64,000 bases of DNA from an uncultured Gammaproteobacteria bacterium (lineage in GTDB: Bacteria; Patescibacteriota; Patescibacteriia; Magasanikbacterales; GWA2-37-8), in the NCBI GenBank assembly GCA_964596525.1, contig CAZQUL010000001.1:268830-332829 (forward strand), read 5' to 3'. The position numbers and the translations under genes were made by a program. Below are positions 1 to 7,766 of the stretch, piece after piece (position 1 is the stretch's first letter; every line of letters begins with the position of its first letter). Below the pieces are notes generated by a model, which ran no database searches, had not been told where the DNA came from, and worked only from the letters and a program-made list of their open reading frames with translations.

Positions 1-180
1 TTCTGAGCTTGCCGCTCTTTGCCGCCACTCTCGGATACAATCTCACCATTCCACACCGATCCTTTTCAACATCTGTCGAACGTCCCCACACAGACCAATC
101 CTTCACAGATTTTTCACCCCCTCCGGTAGTACGAGTTCCGGCAGTCCGCGCGCGAGGAACGCGAGCGGGCCGCAGCGCAA

Positions 181-210
181 AAACCGCGTTTTAACGCGGT
201 TTTTGTTTTG
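181..210 (-). terminator. rho-independent terminator (CCGCG-loop-CGCGG + T-run on both strands)
   Basis: Hairpin aaaccgcg/ttttaa/cgcggttt directly abutting the stop codon of the minus-strand membrane-protein gene; T-run on both strands, so probably bidirectional. Confidence 0.6.
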
Positions 211-922
211 AATCTGGCACAGACTCTTCTCTGCTTTCATCTTTTAACCACGGTACAGCACACATCCCTTCCCACAACGCATAGGATGTGGCGATAACGA
301 GTGCAGTGGCGCTTAAAAAGAGTGCTGCCGCCCCGTATTCGGCCGAATTCAAGAAAAAGAGCGCTTTAAGATCCTGCACAATGACAGTCGGATTGGTGAC
401 GATGTGCCAACTATTCCAGCGTAAAAAACGTCCGACAAAAATACCAAATGCCGTAAGAATGGCGATCGAAGGCACGAAAACGAAGCGCCACCCTGCGGTA
501 ACCATACGCCCCCACACGCGCGCCATGCATTGGAGCGAAGCAACACCGGTAACAACGCCGATCAGCGCGGCCAAAAAAAGCAGCAGCATATCGAGCCATA
601 CAACGACCGTGCCGCGCTGTTTGAGATGTATAAAATCGGTAACCAGATAAAACGTGTTGGGAAAAAACAGCAGCCACAGTATTGACCAGCCTGCAAGGTG
701 CGCGGCTGATCCGTCAATATGGATTCGCCAGACATGGCGAGCGGCGGCGAGAGGCACATAGGCAAGCGCAATGTTCCAGAGTAAAAATAAAAAACGCCAG
801 TTGCCGGTGATGGCCGAACGCGCGGCAATTATAAGGCATAACGCAAGAACCGCCCCTACAAGCGTACGCTCCAGTGCATACGTTTGGGCGGAAAAAAATT
901 TCATTCGTGCTAAGTAATTCAT
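191..922 (-). CDS. polytopic integral membrane protein, function unknown
   Basis: ORF 191..970; start moved to MNYLARMKFF (weak GGAAG RBS). About 6 hydrophobic segments and many Trp/Leu. No family recognisable by eye. Confidence 0.55.
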   Translation of the reverse strand: MNYLARMKFFSAQTYALERTLVGAVLALCLIIAARSAITGNWRFLFLLWNIALAYVPLAAARHVWRIHIDGSAAHLAGWSILWLLFFPNTFYLVTDFIHLKQRGTVVVWLDMLLLFLAALIGVVTGVASLQCMARVWGRMVTAGWRFVFVPSIAILTAFGIFVGRFLRWNSWHIVTNPTVIVQDLKALFFLNSAEYGAAALFLSATALVIATSYALWEGMCAVPWLKDESREESVPDSKQKPR

Positions 923-1032
923 ATCGCTTCCATAGTAACAGATGCAGTGCAGCGCAACAACTCTCCCCACACCTCAACTTGACCTCTCGCGTCGGCATAT
1001 TTATAGTACTAGGACTCTTAATTGTTGCGCGT

Positions 1033-1404
1033 ATGTCTACCTCGACCACGTTCTCAGCTACGTTTTTGAAAGAAATGAAAGCCAAACTCGAAAAACTCCA
1101 CGAAGAACTCCAGCATGAAATTGCCACGCTCGAAACTCCGTCCGGTGAAACGGAATTTCCCCAGTACGGAAGCGATGAGGAAGAGAATGCCCACGAAGTC
1201 GTTGATTTTGAAACCAATCTTTCTATCGACCTGCGGCTCAAAAAAAGCTTGGCTGATGTTGAATCCGCGCTTAAGCGCTTGAACGACGGCACCTACGGCA
1301 TTTGTAAATACTGCCAGAAACCTATTGTCGAAGAGCGCCTCATGGCACGACCAGAATCGAGCTCGTGCGTAGAATGTAAGAAAGCCATTACTCAAGAACT
1401 TTAA
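1033..1404 (+). CDS. DksA/TraR-family C4-type zinc-finger protein
   Basis: Start at MSTSTTFSATFLKEMKAKLEKL inside ORF 874..1404. Coiled-coil N-terminus followed by CKYC...(17 aa)...CVEC, the four-Cys DksA/TraR zinc finger. Confidence 0.7.
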   Translation: MSTSTTFSATFLKEMKAKLEKLHEELQHEIATLETPSGETEFPQYGSDEEENAHEVVDFETNLSIDLRLKKSLADVESALKRLNDGTYGICKYCQKPIVEERLMARPESSSCVECKKAITQEL

Positions 1405-1408
1405 TCAC

Positions 1409-1909
1409 ATGGTTCCACGTGCTTTCATGCACACTACGTTCGCCGGCGGAATCATCATGTTTTGCGTCGACCGTTTTTTTAAGAATCAGGCCATCGCAAC
1501 CGACTTTCCACCACTCGCCGGACTTTTCGGCTGGAAACCCTTCCTTAACGAAGGGATCGCTTTCAGCATCCCGATTCCAGCCTGGCTCGTAGCACTCGCC
1601 ACGGTGCCGTTTCTTGTTGTAGCCGGAGCCGGCATTCTCCTCATCGCCACCAAAAAAATACGCTCCGCCCTAGCACCGCACCCTTTTCCGCCGGAAGCTG
1701 CTCCGCTTGTATTGGTTTCCTTAACCTTGATGTTCAGCGGGGCACTGTCGAATTTTATCGACCGACTACTCTACCGTGCCGTTGTCGACTACATCGCTAT
1801 CTATACTGCGGTCATCAATATTGCTGACCTGCTTATAGTTGCGGGTGGCGTGGGCGGGTTTGTGGCATGGAGGAAGTATTTTGATGAAACGGATGAAATA
1901 GTTGAATAG
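1409..1909 (+). CDS. lspA: lipoprotein signal peptidase II
   Basis: Four TM segments. Signature motifs NEGIAFSIP, FIDRLLYRAVVDYI and NIADLLIV, which carry the catalytic Asp residues of LspA. Start is 5 nt after the stop of the upstream gene. Confidence 0.8.
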   Translation: MVPRAFMHTTFAGGIIMFCVDRFFKNQAIATDFPPLAGLFGWKPFLNEGIAFSIPIPAWLVALATVPFLVVAGAGILLIATKKIRSALAPHPFPPEAAPLVLVSLTLMFSGALSNFIDRLLYRAVVDYIAIYTAVINIADLLIVAGGVGGFVAWRKYFDETDEIVE

Positions 1910-2018
1910 CCAGAAAAATCTACCTAAAAAATACCAAGGCTTTTGGAGAAAACTAAGCTGTTACCCGTGACAAAAGCGCTCAGTTCGCACCGGCTCCTCA
2001 TGCCTGAAACGGAGAAGT

Positions 2019-2222
2019 ATGTTCACGAAGAACATCCGCACGTATCTAATCGCAGCCGCTGGAATCCTCGCTTTCTTTTCCGCCACACCAACACAGCCAC
2101 ATCTACCGCCGGATCCACACCTCTGCCCGCCACCTGGGCACCGCTCGCCGTTCTCGTGTAGAAGCGTCAGCTCCTCAAGCCCGCTCCGAAGATTCGGGGC
2201 GGGGTTTTTTTTCTTCAAATAA
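2019..2222 (+). CDS. possible small secreted/membrane protein (67 aa)
   Basis: GGAG 8 nt upstream of the ATG. N-terminal hydrophobic segment IAAAGILAFFSA. The C-terminus runs through the terminator hairpin, so this may be spurious. Confidence 0.25.
   Translation: MFTKNIRTYLIAAAGILAFFSATPTQPHLPPDPHLCPPPGHRSPFSCRSVSSSSPLRRFGAGFFFFK
2179..2212 (+). terminator. rho-independent terminator
   Basis: ccgctccg-loop-cggggcgg hairpin followed by tttttttt. Confidence 0.6.
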
Positions 2223-2242
2223 AAACCCGACGATACGTCGGG
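2221..2242 (-). terminator. rho-independent terminator of the lipoprotein gene
   Basis: cccgacg-ata-cgtcggg hairpin. A T-run follows on the minus strand, directly 3' of the stop at 2250. Confidence 0.6.
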
Positions 2243-2249
2243 ATAGTTG

Positions 2250-2891
2250 TTAAGGCCAGAACCACAGGTCGCATATGGCGGTTACCGGAGGAGACGGCAT
2301 CGCCTGCGCTGCACAATCGTCTTCGACGAAGATTCGCTGACTATTCAAGTACAAACGCCTGAACCGCGTCGTGCCGCTGTCTCCGGATATCGTGGTAATA
2401 CGGCGCACACTATAATGTAAATCAACGCTATAGTCGTAACGCTTCCAGGCGTTAAAGTACCACCACCTGCTGTACCAGTCATCGTTTATCCTGCTGAGCA
2501 GGTAATTAAGTTCTGCGAGCTCGAAGGTGCCTGCCGCAACCGCCTTTATCTCGATCAGCACATGCTGCCACTCCGTGCCGCGAGGCACGTCTTCCCATCG
2601 GCACAGCTCGACAGAATCCCAGTCTTGCATCGGGAAACAGACCATTGAAGAACATGCCGGATTGGGATGCCGGGCGATCATCCGAACCGGTTCTTTATCG
2701 CCTACCTTAGGACAAGGAAATATAGATCCGGCGACGACATCATCAATCAGGTCCCCATTTCCTGCGCCGGCATCCGGCAAGCCGATCGGAAGCCGGATAA
2801 TCGGTGTTCCGTTGGACCCGGAGCGAACATCTTCACCACAACCCGAAAGACCAGCAACAAGTATAAGCGCCATGAAAGAACATAAACGCAT
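2250..2891 (-). CDS. lipoprotein, function unknown
   Basis: AAGGAGG RBS. Signal peptide MRLCSFMALILVAGLSGC with an LSGC lipobox. No recognisable domain. Confidence 0.7.
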   Translation of the reverse strand: MRLCSFMALILVAGLSGCGEDVRSGSNGTPIIRLPIGLPDAGAGNGDLIDDVVAGSIFPCPKVGDKEPVRMIARHPNPACSSMVCFPMQDWDSVELCRWEDVPRGTEWQHVLIEIKAVAAGTFELAELNYLLSRINDDWYSRWWYFNAWKRYDYSVDLHYSVRRITTISGDSGTTRFRRLYLNSQRIFVEDDCAAQAMPSPPVTAICDLWFWP

Positions 2892-3073
2892 GTAGGGCCT
2901 CCTTTTTTATTTTAAGGTCGTAAAACTATAGGGAATTTTTAAAGGATGGTCAATAGTCCTGTGCATTTATTATATACGCGCTAATGACAAAACGGTCATT
3001 AGCCATTTCTAATATGTCTTGAACCAAAAACCGCCAGCCGAGAGCTGAGCGGTTTTCTAAATCTTTTTACCAC

Positions 3074-4108
3074 CTACCAATCGAGCGTGCCACCCACCTG
3101 GTACTCGGTGACGCGCGTTTCGAAGAAGTTTTTTTCTTTGCTCAAGTCGACCGCTTCGCTCATCCACGGGAAGGGGTTGGCCACGTTGTACTGCGCCGGG
3201 AGTCCGATGCGCGTGAGGCGGCGGTCGGCGATGTATTCGATGTACTGTTTAAAGCCGTCGGCGTTCATGCCGAAAATGCCTTTAGGGAAGACTTCTTGCG
3301 CGAACGTGTATTCGAGTTTTACCGCCTGATTCACGAGATCGATGATACGGGTTTGGAAATCCGGGGTCCAGAGTTCGGGCTGTTCTTCTTTGATGGTGTT
3401 GGCGAGGTTAATGCCGAAGTTGAGGTGCTGGCTTTCATCTCTCATAATGTACTGGATCTGCTCGGCCGCACCGCACATCTTGCCCATACGCTGGAATCCG
3501 AACATGACCGCGAACGAACTGTAGAAGAAGATACCTTCGAGGATGACGGAAAAGACGACGACGTTCTCGAGGAATTTCTGGTCGGCTTCGAAGGTGCCGG
3601 TTTTAAACTGCGGATTGAAGATGCCTTCGTTGAATCCGAGGATGAAGGCGTCTTTATTGTAGATGGCATCCACTTCGCGGTACATGTTGAAGATCTCGGC
3701 TTCATCGAGACCGAGACTTTCTACGATGTACTGATAGGCATGCGTATGGATAGCTTCTTCGTAACCCTGGCGCAAGAGGTACATGCGGCATTCCGGCGAC
3801 GTGATGTGGCGGTAGAACGCGAGCACGATGTTGTTGGCCGCGATGGAATCGGCGGTGGTAAAGAATCCAAGCACGGTTTTGAGCGCTTTGCGTTCATCGT
3901 CATTAAGAAGCGTCGGTGATTTCCACTGTTCAATGTCTTTCTGCATGCTGATTTCGGTGGGGAGCCAGTGGTTGGCGTTGCCGGTGTTGTAAGCATCCCA
4001 CGCGAATTTATGACGCATGGGGTAGAGTTGCATCACGTCCGCATCGGTGCCATTGATGACACGGCGTTGGTTGATGTCGATTTTTTGGGAGGTTTTGGAA
4101 ATGGGCAT
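3074..4108 (-). CDS. nrdB: ribonucleotide-diphosphate reductase beta subunit (class Ia R2)
   Basis: Di-iron/tyrosyl-radical ligand motifs: EEAIHTHAYQYI, FYSSFA and VILEGIFF...GFQ. Confidence 0.9.
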   Translation of the reverse strand: MPISKTSQKIDINQRRVINGTDADVMQLYPMRHKFAWDAYNTGNANHWLPTEISMQKDIEQWKSPTLLNDDERKALKTVLGFFTTADSIAANNIVLAFYRHITSPECRMYLLRQGYEEAIHTHAYQYIVESLGLDEAEIFNMYREVDAIYNKDAFILGFNEGIFNPQFKTGTFEADQKFLENVVVFSVILEGIFFYSSFAVMFGFQRMGKMCGAAEQIQYIMRDESQHLNFGINLANTIKEEQPELWTPDFQTRIIDLVNQAVKLEYTFAQEVFPKGIFGMNADGFKQYIEYIADRRLTRIGLPAQYNVANPFPWMSEAVDLSKEKNFFETRVTEYQVGGTLDW

Positions 4109-4118
4109 AAGTATGAAA

Positions 4119-4152
4119 GGACGTAGGTTGTAGGTGTGTAGGGAGTAGAGAA
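4119..4152 (+). repeat. left inverted-repeat flank of the four-helix-bundle cassette (CGTAGG..GTAGGGAGTAG)
   Basis: ggacgtaggttgtaggtgtgtagggagtagag is the reverse complement of the motif at 4555..4580. Confidence 0.6.
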
Positions 4153-4179
4153 AATTCTTTACTCCCCACTTTTTACAAC

Positions 4180-4548
4180 CTAGGGTGATTTTATTTTTTG
4201 CAAGAGGACATTTAGCATTTTCATGATTTCTTCGAGTTTTAGCTCTAGGGCTTTCGGCACTAAATCTTTTCCCCAGGATAGCCGTTTTACTATCTCGAGA
4301 TGAGTCTCCAGCTCTGCACCAGAACCGTAAGAGAATGATACGAATTGAGTATAGTAATTTCCTCCTCTACGATATCCTTCGGCCAGATTGGCGGGTATAG
4401 AGACGCTCGCTCTACGAATTTGAGATGTCAATCCATACAATTCTGATTTTGGAAAAGCTTCGGTCAACTCATAGAGTTCGGTGGCCAACTCTACAGACTT
4501 CTGCCAAACCTTTAAATCCCTGTATGAATTAATAATATTTTGCTGCAT
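4180..4548 (-). CDS. four-helix-bundle protein of the 23S-rRNA-intervening-sequence protein family (PF05635/TIGR02436-like)
   Basis: 122 aa, all-helical. Conserved LKVWQKS..EL...L...FP..E.YGLTSQIRRAS.SIPANLAEG motif. Confidence 0.75.
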   Translation of the reverse strand: MQQNIINSYRDLKVWQKSVELATELYELTEAFPKSELYGLTSQIRRASVSIPANLAEGYRRGGNYYTQFVSFSYGSGAELETHLEIVKRLSWGKDLVPKALELKLEEIMKMLNVLLQKIKSP

Positions 4549-4554
4549 ACGTAA

Positions 4555-4580
4555 GTCCCTACTCCCTACGCTCCTACGAA
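4555..4580 (-). repeat. right inverted-repeat flank of the four-helix-bundle cassette
   Basis: gtccctactccctacgctcctacg. Its reverse complement, cgtaggagcgtagggagtagggac, matches the 4119..4152 flank. Confidence 0.6.
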
Positions 4581-4587
4581 CTATCTC

Positions 4588-7470
4588 CTAACTCTGACAC
4601 GACTCACACGTCGGATCCGCAATACTGCAGGCTTTCATTTGGCTCGGGGCTTTGATGGAGACCGGGATGCTGACCGGCGTAGACATTGGTGTAGGTGCCG
4701 GGGCTGGAGCGGGTTGCGGTGGCGGAGTGACCGGTGCGGATGGCTGGGTTTGTGGAGCGCTTGCGGCCGGAGTGTTCTGGCGCATGTGGGTCGCGCCGAA
4801 TTTCTGCGTGTCGACGGTGGATTTTTCCACTTGCGAAATCGCGAGTGTTCGAAGATAGTAGGTGGTCTTGAGACCAAGCGACCAGGCGTAGAAGTACATG
4901 TCGCTCAATTCTTTACCCGAGGTGGAACGGAAGTAGAGGTTGATACTCTGGCTCTGATCGATCCACTTGGCGCGGTAGGCAGCCGATTTGACGAGCCAGC
5001 GCTGGTCGATTTCGAACACTTCTTTATATTTGGCGCGGATGTGTTCGGGAATTTCATTGATGGCGGCGATCGAACCGTCGTGGTATTTGATCTTGCCCAT
5101 CATCTCGAAATCCCAGAGACCGAGTTTCTTGAGGTCTTCGACGAGGTACGGGTTGATAACGATAAAGTCACCGGCCTGATTGGATTTGACGTAGATGTTC
5201 TTGTAGATCGGTTCGACCGTCGGGATGCAGCCGACGATGTTGGCGGTGGTAGCAGTGGGGGCAACAGCCAAGCAGTTGGAGTTGCGCATGCCGTAGTCTT
5301 TGATAGCTTCGCGGACGACCGACCAGTCGAGGCGCGAGGTGCGATTGACGTCGATTTTCTCGCCGCGTTCGTCTTCAAGGAGCGCGATGGTGTCGAGCGG
5401 AAGGAGGCCGCGATCCCACTTGGAGCCACGGAACGTGGGATAAGCACCGCGTTCTTTGGCAAGATTCGCGGAAGCGAGGAACGCATAGTACGAAATGACT
5501 TCCATGCTGTAGTCGGCGAACTCAACGCAGGCTTCGGAATCGAAGTTGATGTTGAGCTGGTAGAGCGCGTCGTGGAAACCACGCAAACCAAGACCAACTG
5601 GACGATGGCGCATGTTGGAGCGCTTGGCGTCTTCGGTCGGGTAGTAGTTGATGTCGATGACGTTATCGAGCATGCGCATAGCGACGGGCACCACTTCGGC
5701 GGCGAGCGCCACGTCGTACTGGCCGTTCTTGATGAAGCGCGCCAGGTTGAGCGAACCCAAGTTGCAGACCGCGGTTTCGTCGTCCGAGGTGTTGAGGGTG
5801 ATTTCGGTGCAGAGGTTGGACGAATGCACGACGCCCACATGGTCTTGCGGCGAGCGGATGTTCGAGGGGTCTTTCCAGGTCATCCACGGATGTCCGGTCT
5901 CAAACAGCATGGCAAGCATTTTTTTCCACAAATCGCGCGCTTTCATGGTCTTGAAGAGTTTGATCTTGCCGTCTTTGGCCATCTGTTCGTACATGGCGTA
6001 TTTTTTGGCGAAGCGTTTGCCATAGATGTGGTGCAAATCCGGCGTTTCATCCGGCGAGAAGAGCGTCCAATCGGCGTCTTCGCGGACGCGTTGCATGAAG
6101 AGATCCGGAATCCAGTTGGCTGTGTCCATGTCATGCGTGCGGCGGCGTTCGTCACCGGTATTTTTGCGCAGTTCAAGGAAGGATTCGATGTCGTAGTGCC
6201 AGGTTTCGAGGTAGACGCAGGCAGCGCCGCGGCGGCGACCCGAACGGTTGATGGCGACCGTCACGTCGTTGGCGATCTTGAGGAACGGAATGACGCCCTG
6301 AGACTCGACGCCCGTGCCTTTGATGTAGGAACCGGTGCCGCGGATGTTGGTCCAGTCGGTGCCGATGCCACCCGACCATTTGGAGAGCTGCGAGTTGTCG
6401 GAATAGCTTTTAAAAATACTCTCGAGCGAATCGCCGACCGTGTTGAGGTAGCACGAAGAGAGCTGTGGTTTGTGCGTGCCGGCGTGGAACAAGGTTGGGG
6501 TGGACGGCGTGTAGAGGAGTTTGGCCATGATGCCGTAGAATTTGACGGTCCACTCGTGACGATTCTCTTTTTCGCCGAGCGCGGTGCCCATGGCGATGCG
6601 CATCCAGAACATTTGCGGGGTTTCGAGGGTGCGTTTCTCGGGATAATCCGTAACGAAGTAGCGATCGAACAGCGTCTGCAAACCGAGGTACTGGAACTCG
6701 TCATCTTTGGAAATATCGAGTTCTTTGGCCAAGCGTTCCAAATCAAAGGTGAGGAGTTTGGGGTCGAGACGCTCAATTTCCACGCCGCGCTTGATGTTTC
6801 TCACGAACGCTTCGCGATATTGGGTTTCGAGTTTGGCGAAATCGATCACGTCCGGACCGATGACTTCTTTATAGTTGATGTAGAGGAGGAGACGTGCCGC
6901 GACTTTGGCATAGGCCGGATCATGTTCGATCATGGCGCGCACCGTCATGATGAGCGCTTTGCCGATGTCCACGGTTTTGATGCCTTCGTAGAGTTCGGTG
7001 CGGCACTGGGCGAGAATGGCTTCGGTGTTGACCACATTCTCGAATCCTTTAACGGCGAACGAGAGCGAACGGCGGAGCTTGTCCATGGAAAAGAGTTCCT
7101 TGGCACCCGAGCGCTTAAGAACCCAGAGCTGGTTATGGTCCATTTTTTCGAGCGTGGCGCGCTTTTTTTCTTCGCGCTCTTTGGTGTGCTCGTAGCGGTA
7201 GAGGATGTAGGCTTTCGCTACGTCGAAAAAGCCGGCTTGCATGAGCTGTTTTTCTACGGCATCCTGCACGTTTTCGACAGTCGGAGTTTTTTCTTGGTAC
7301 GCAGCTTCGAGTCCTTTGACGACTTCGGCAGCGAGCGCAGCAACAACGGACGGGTCAGCGCCTTTACGCACTTCAAGAAACGCTTTCTGCATGGCGAGCG
7401 CGATTTTATCGGGGTTGAAATCGACGACCGACTTGTCGCGCTTGACGATCTGGAGGATGGAACTCGACAT
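4588..7470 (-). CDS. nrdA: ribonucleotide-diphosphate reductase alpha subunit (class Ia R1) with N-terminal ATP-cone and a Pro/Ala-rich C-terminal linker ending in a Cys-rich tail
   Basis: N-terminal ATP-cone (VVKRDKSVVDFNPDKIALAM). Catalytic-core motifs NLCTEI and SNCLAVAPTATT. The C-terminus ...CSIADPTCESCQS is preceded by a ~45-aa P/A/T-rich linker. Confidence 0.92.
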   Translation of the reverse strand: MSSSILQIVKRDKSVVDFNPDKIALAMQKAFLEVRKGADPSVVAALAAEVVKGLEAAYQEKTPTVENVQDAVEKQLMQAGFFDVAKAYILYRYEHTKEREEKKRATLEKMDHNQLWVLKRSGAKELFSMDKLRRSLSFAVKGFENVVNTEAILAQCRTELYEGIKTVDIGKALIMTVRAMIEHDPAYAKVAARLLLYINYKEVIGPDVIDFAKLETQYREAFVRNIKRGVEIERLDPKLLTFDLERLAKELDISKDDEFQYLGLQTLFDRYFVTDYPEKRTLETPQMFWMRIAMGTALGEKENRHEWTVKFYGIMAKLLYTPSTPTLFHAGTHKPQLSSCYLNTVGDSLESIFKSYSDNSQLSKWSGGIGTDWTNIRGTGSYIKGTGVESQGVIPFLKIANDVTVAINRSGRRRGAACVYLETWHYDIESFLELRKNTGDERRRTHDMDTANWIPDLFMQRVREDADWTLFSPDETPDLHHIYGKRFAKKYAMYEQMAKDGKIKLFKTMKARDLWKKMLAMLFETGHPWMTWKDPSNIRSPQDHVGVVHSSNLCTEITLNTSDDETAVCNLGSLNLARFIKNGQYDVALAAEVVPVAMRMLDNVIDINYYPTEDAKRSNMRHRPVGLGLRGFHDALYQLNINFDSEACVEFADYSMEVISYYAFLASANLAKERGAYPTFRGSKWDRGLLPLDTIALLEDERGEKIDVNRTSRLDWSVVREAIKDYGMRNSNCLAVAPTATTANIVGCIPTVEPIYKNIYVKSNQAGDFIVINPYLVEDLKKLGLWDFEMMGKIKYHDGSIAAINEIPEHIRAKYKEVFEIDQRWLVKSAAYRAKWIDQSQSINLYFRSTSGKELSDMYFYAWSLGLKTTYYLRTLAISQVEKSTVDTQKFGATHMRQNTPAASAPQTQPSAPVTPPPQPAPAPAPTPMSTPVSIPVSIKAPSQMKACSIADPTCESCQS

Positions 7471-7581
7471 AGATAAGCCTAGTAAATAAAGCGTCCGGCT
7501 TGGGGAGCCTTTCTCCTGCCCCGCAACCCGACGTAGACAGAGTATAGCACACCAAAAAAACTACCAGTAGTGGTTTGCAAA

Positions 7582-7733
7582 AGTGGATAAACACTACGGG
7601 TAGTTTTGCTAGTTAAGCTGGAGAACGAAGGTTTTTACTCTGGCAAGTGGATAAAAATGGGGATAAAAAACAAAAAAACTGACCGAAAGCCAGAGTGAAA
7701 TCATTAACAATTTTTTCAAAAAGTATCCACGAA
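7582..7733 (-). promoter_or_regulatory. DnaA-box cluster in the nrdA upstream region
   Basis: aGTGGATAA at 7582-7590, aGTGGATAA at 7646-7654, GGGGATAAA at 7659-7667 and GTATCCACG at 7724-7732. All lie 110-260 nt upstream of the nrdA start in an A-rich tract. Confidence 0.5.
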
Positions 7734-7766
7734 CCCAAAGCCACCCTCTCCTACGGGGCGGCGGAT

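Noticed and set aside
9-194. 61-aa ORF at the window start
   Set aside because: Arg/Ala/Pro-rich with no start context. It overlaps the terminator hairpin and is probably the 3' flank of an off-window gene or non-coding.
4639-7476. 945-aa antisense ORF opposite nrdA, and similar long antisense ORFs at 7695..8699, 11608..12354, 14044..14799, 17700..18620, 18630..19316, 26986..27714, 33378..34196, 42322..43050 and 43322..44161
   Set aside because: Each lies entirely inside a confidently identified or better-supported gene on the other strand. Their products are compositionally biased (Arg/Gly/Val-rich) with no motifs. They are typical shadow ORFs of GC-rich DNA.
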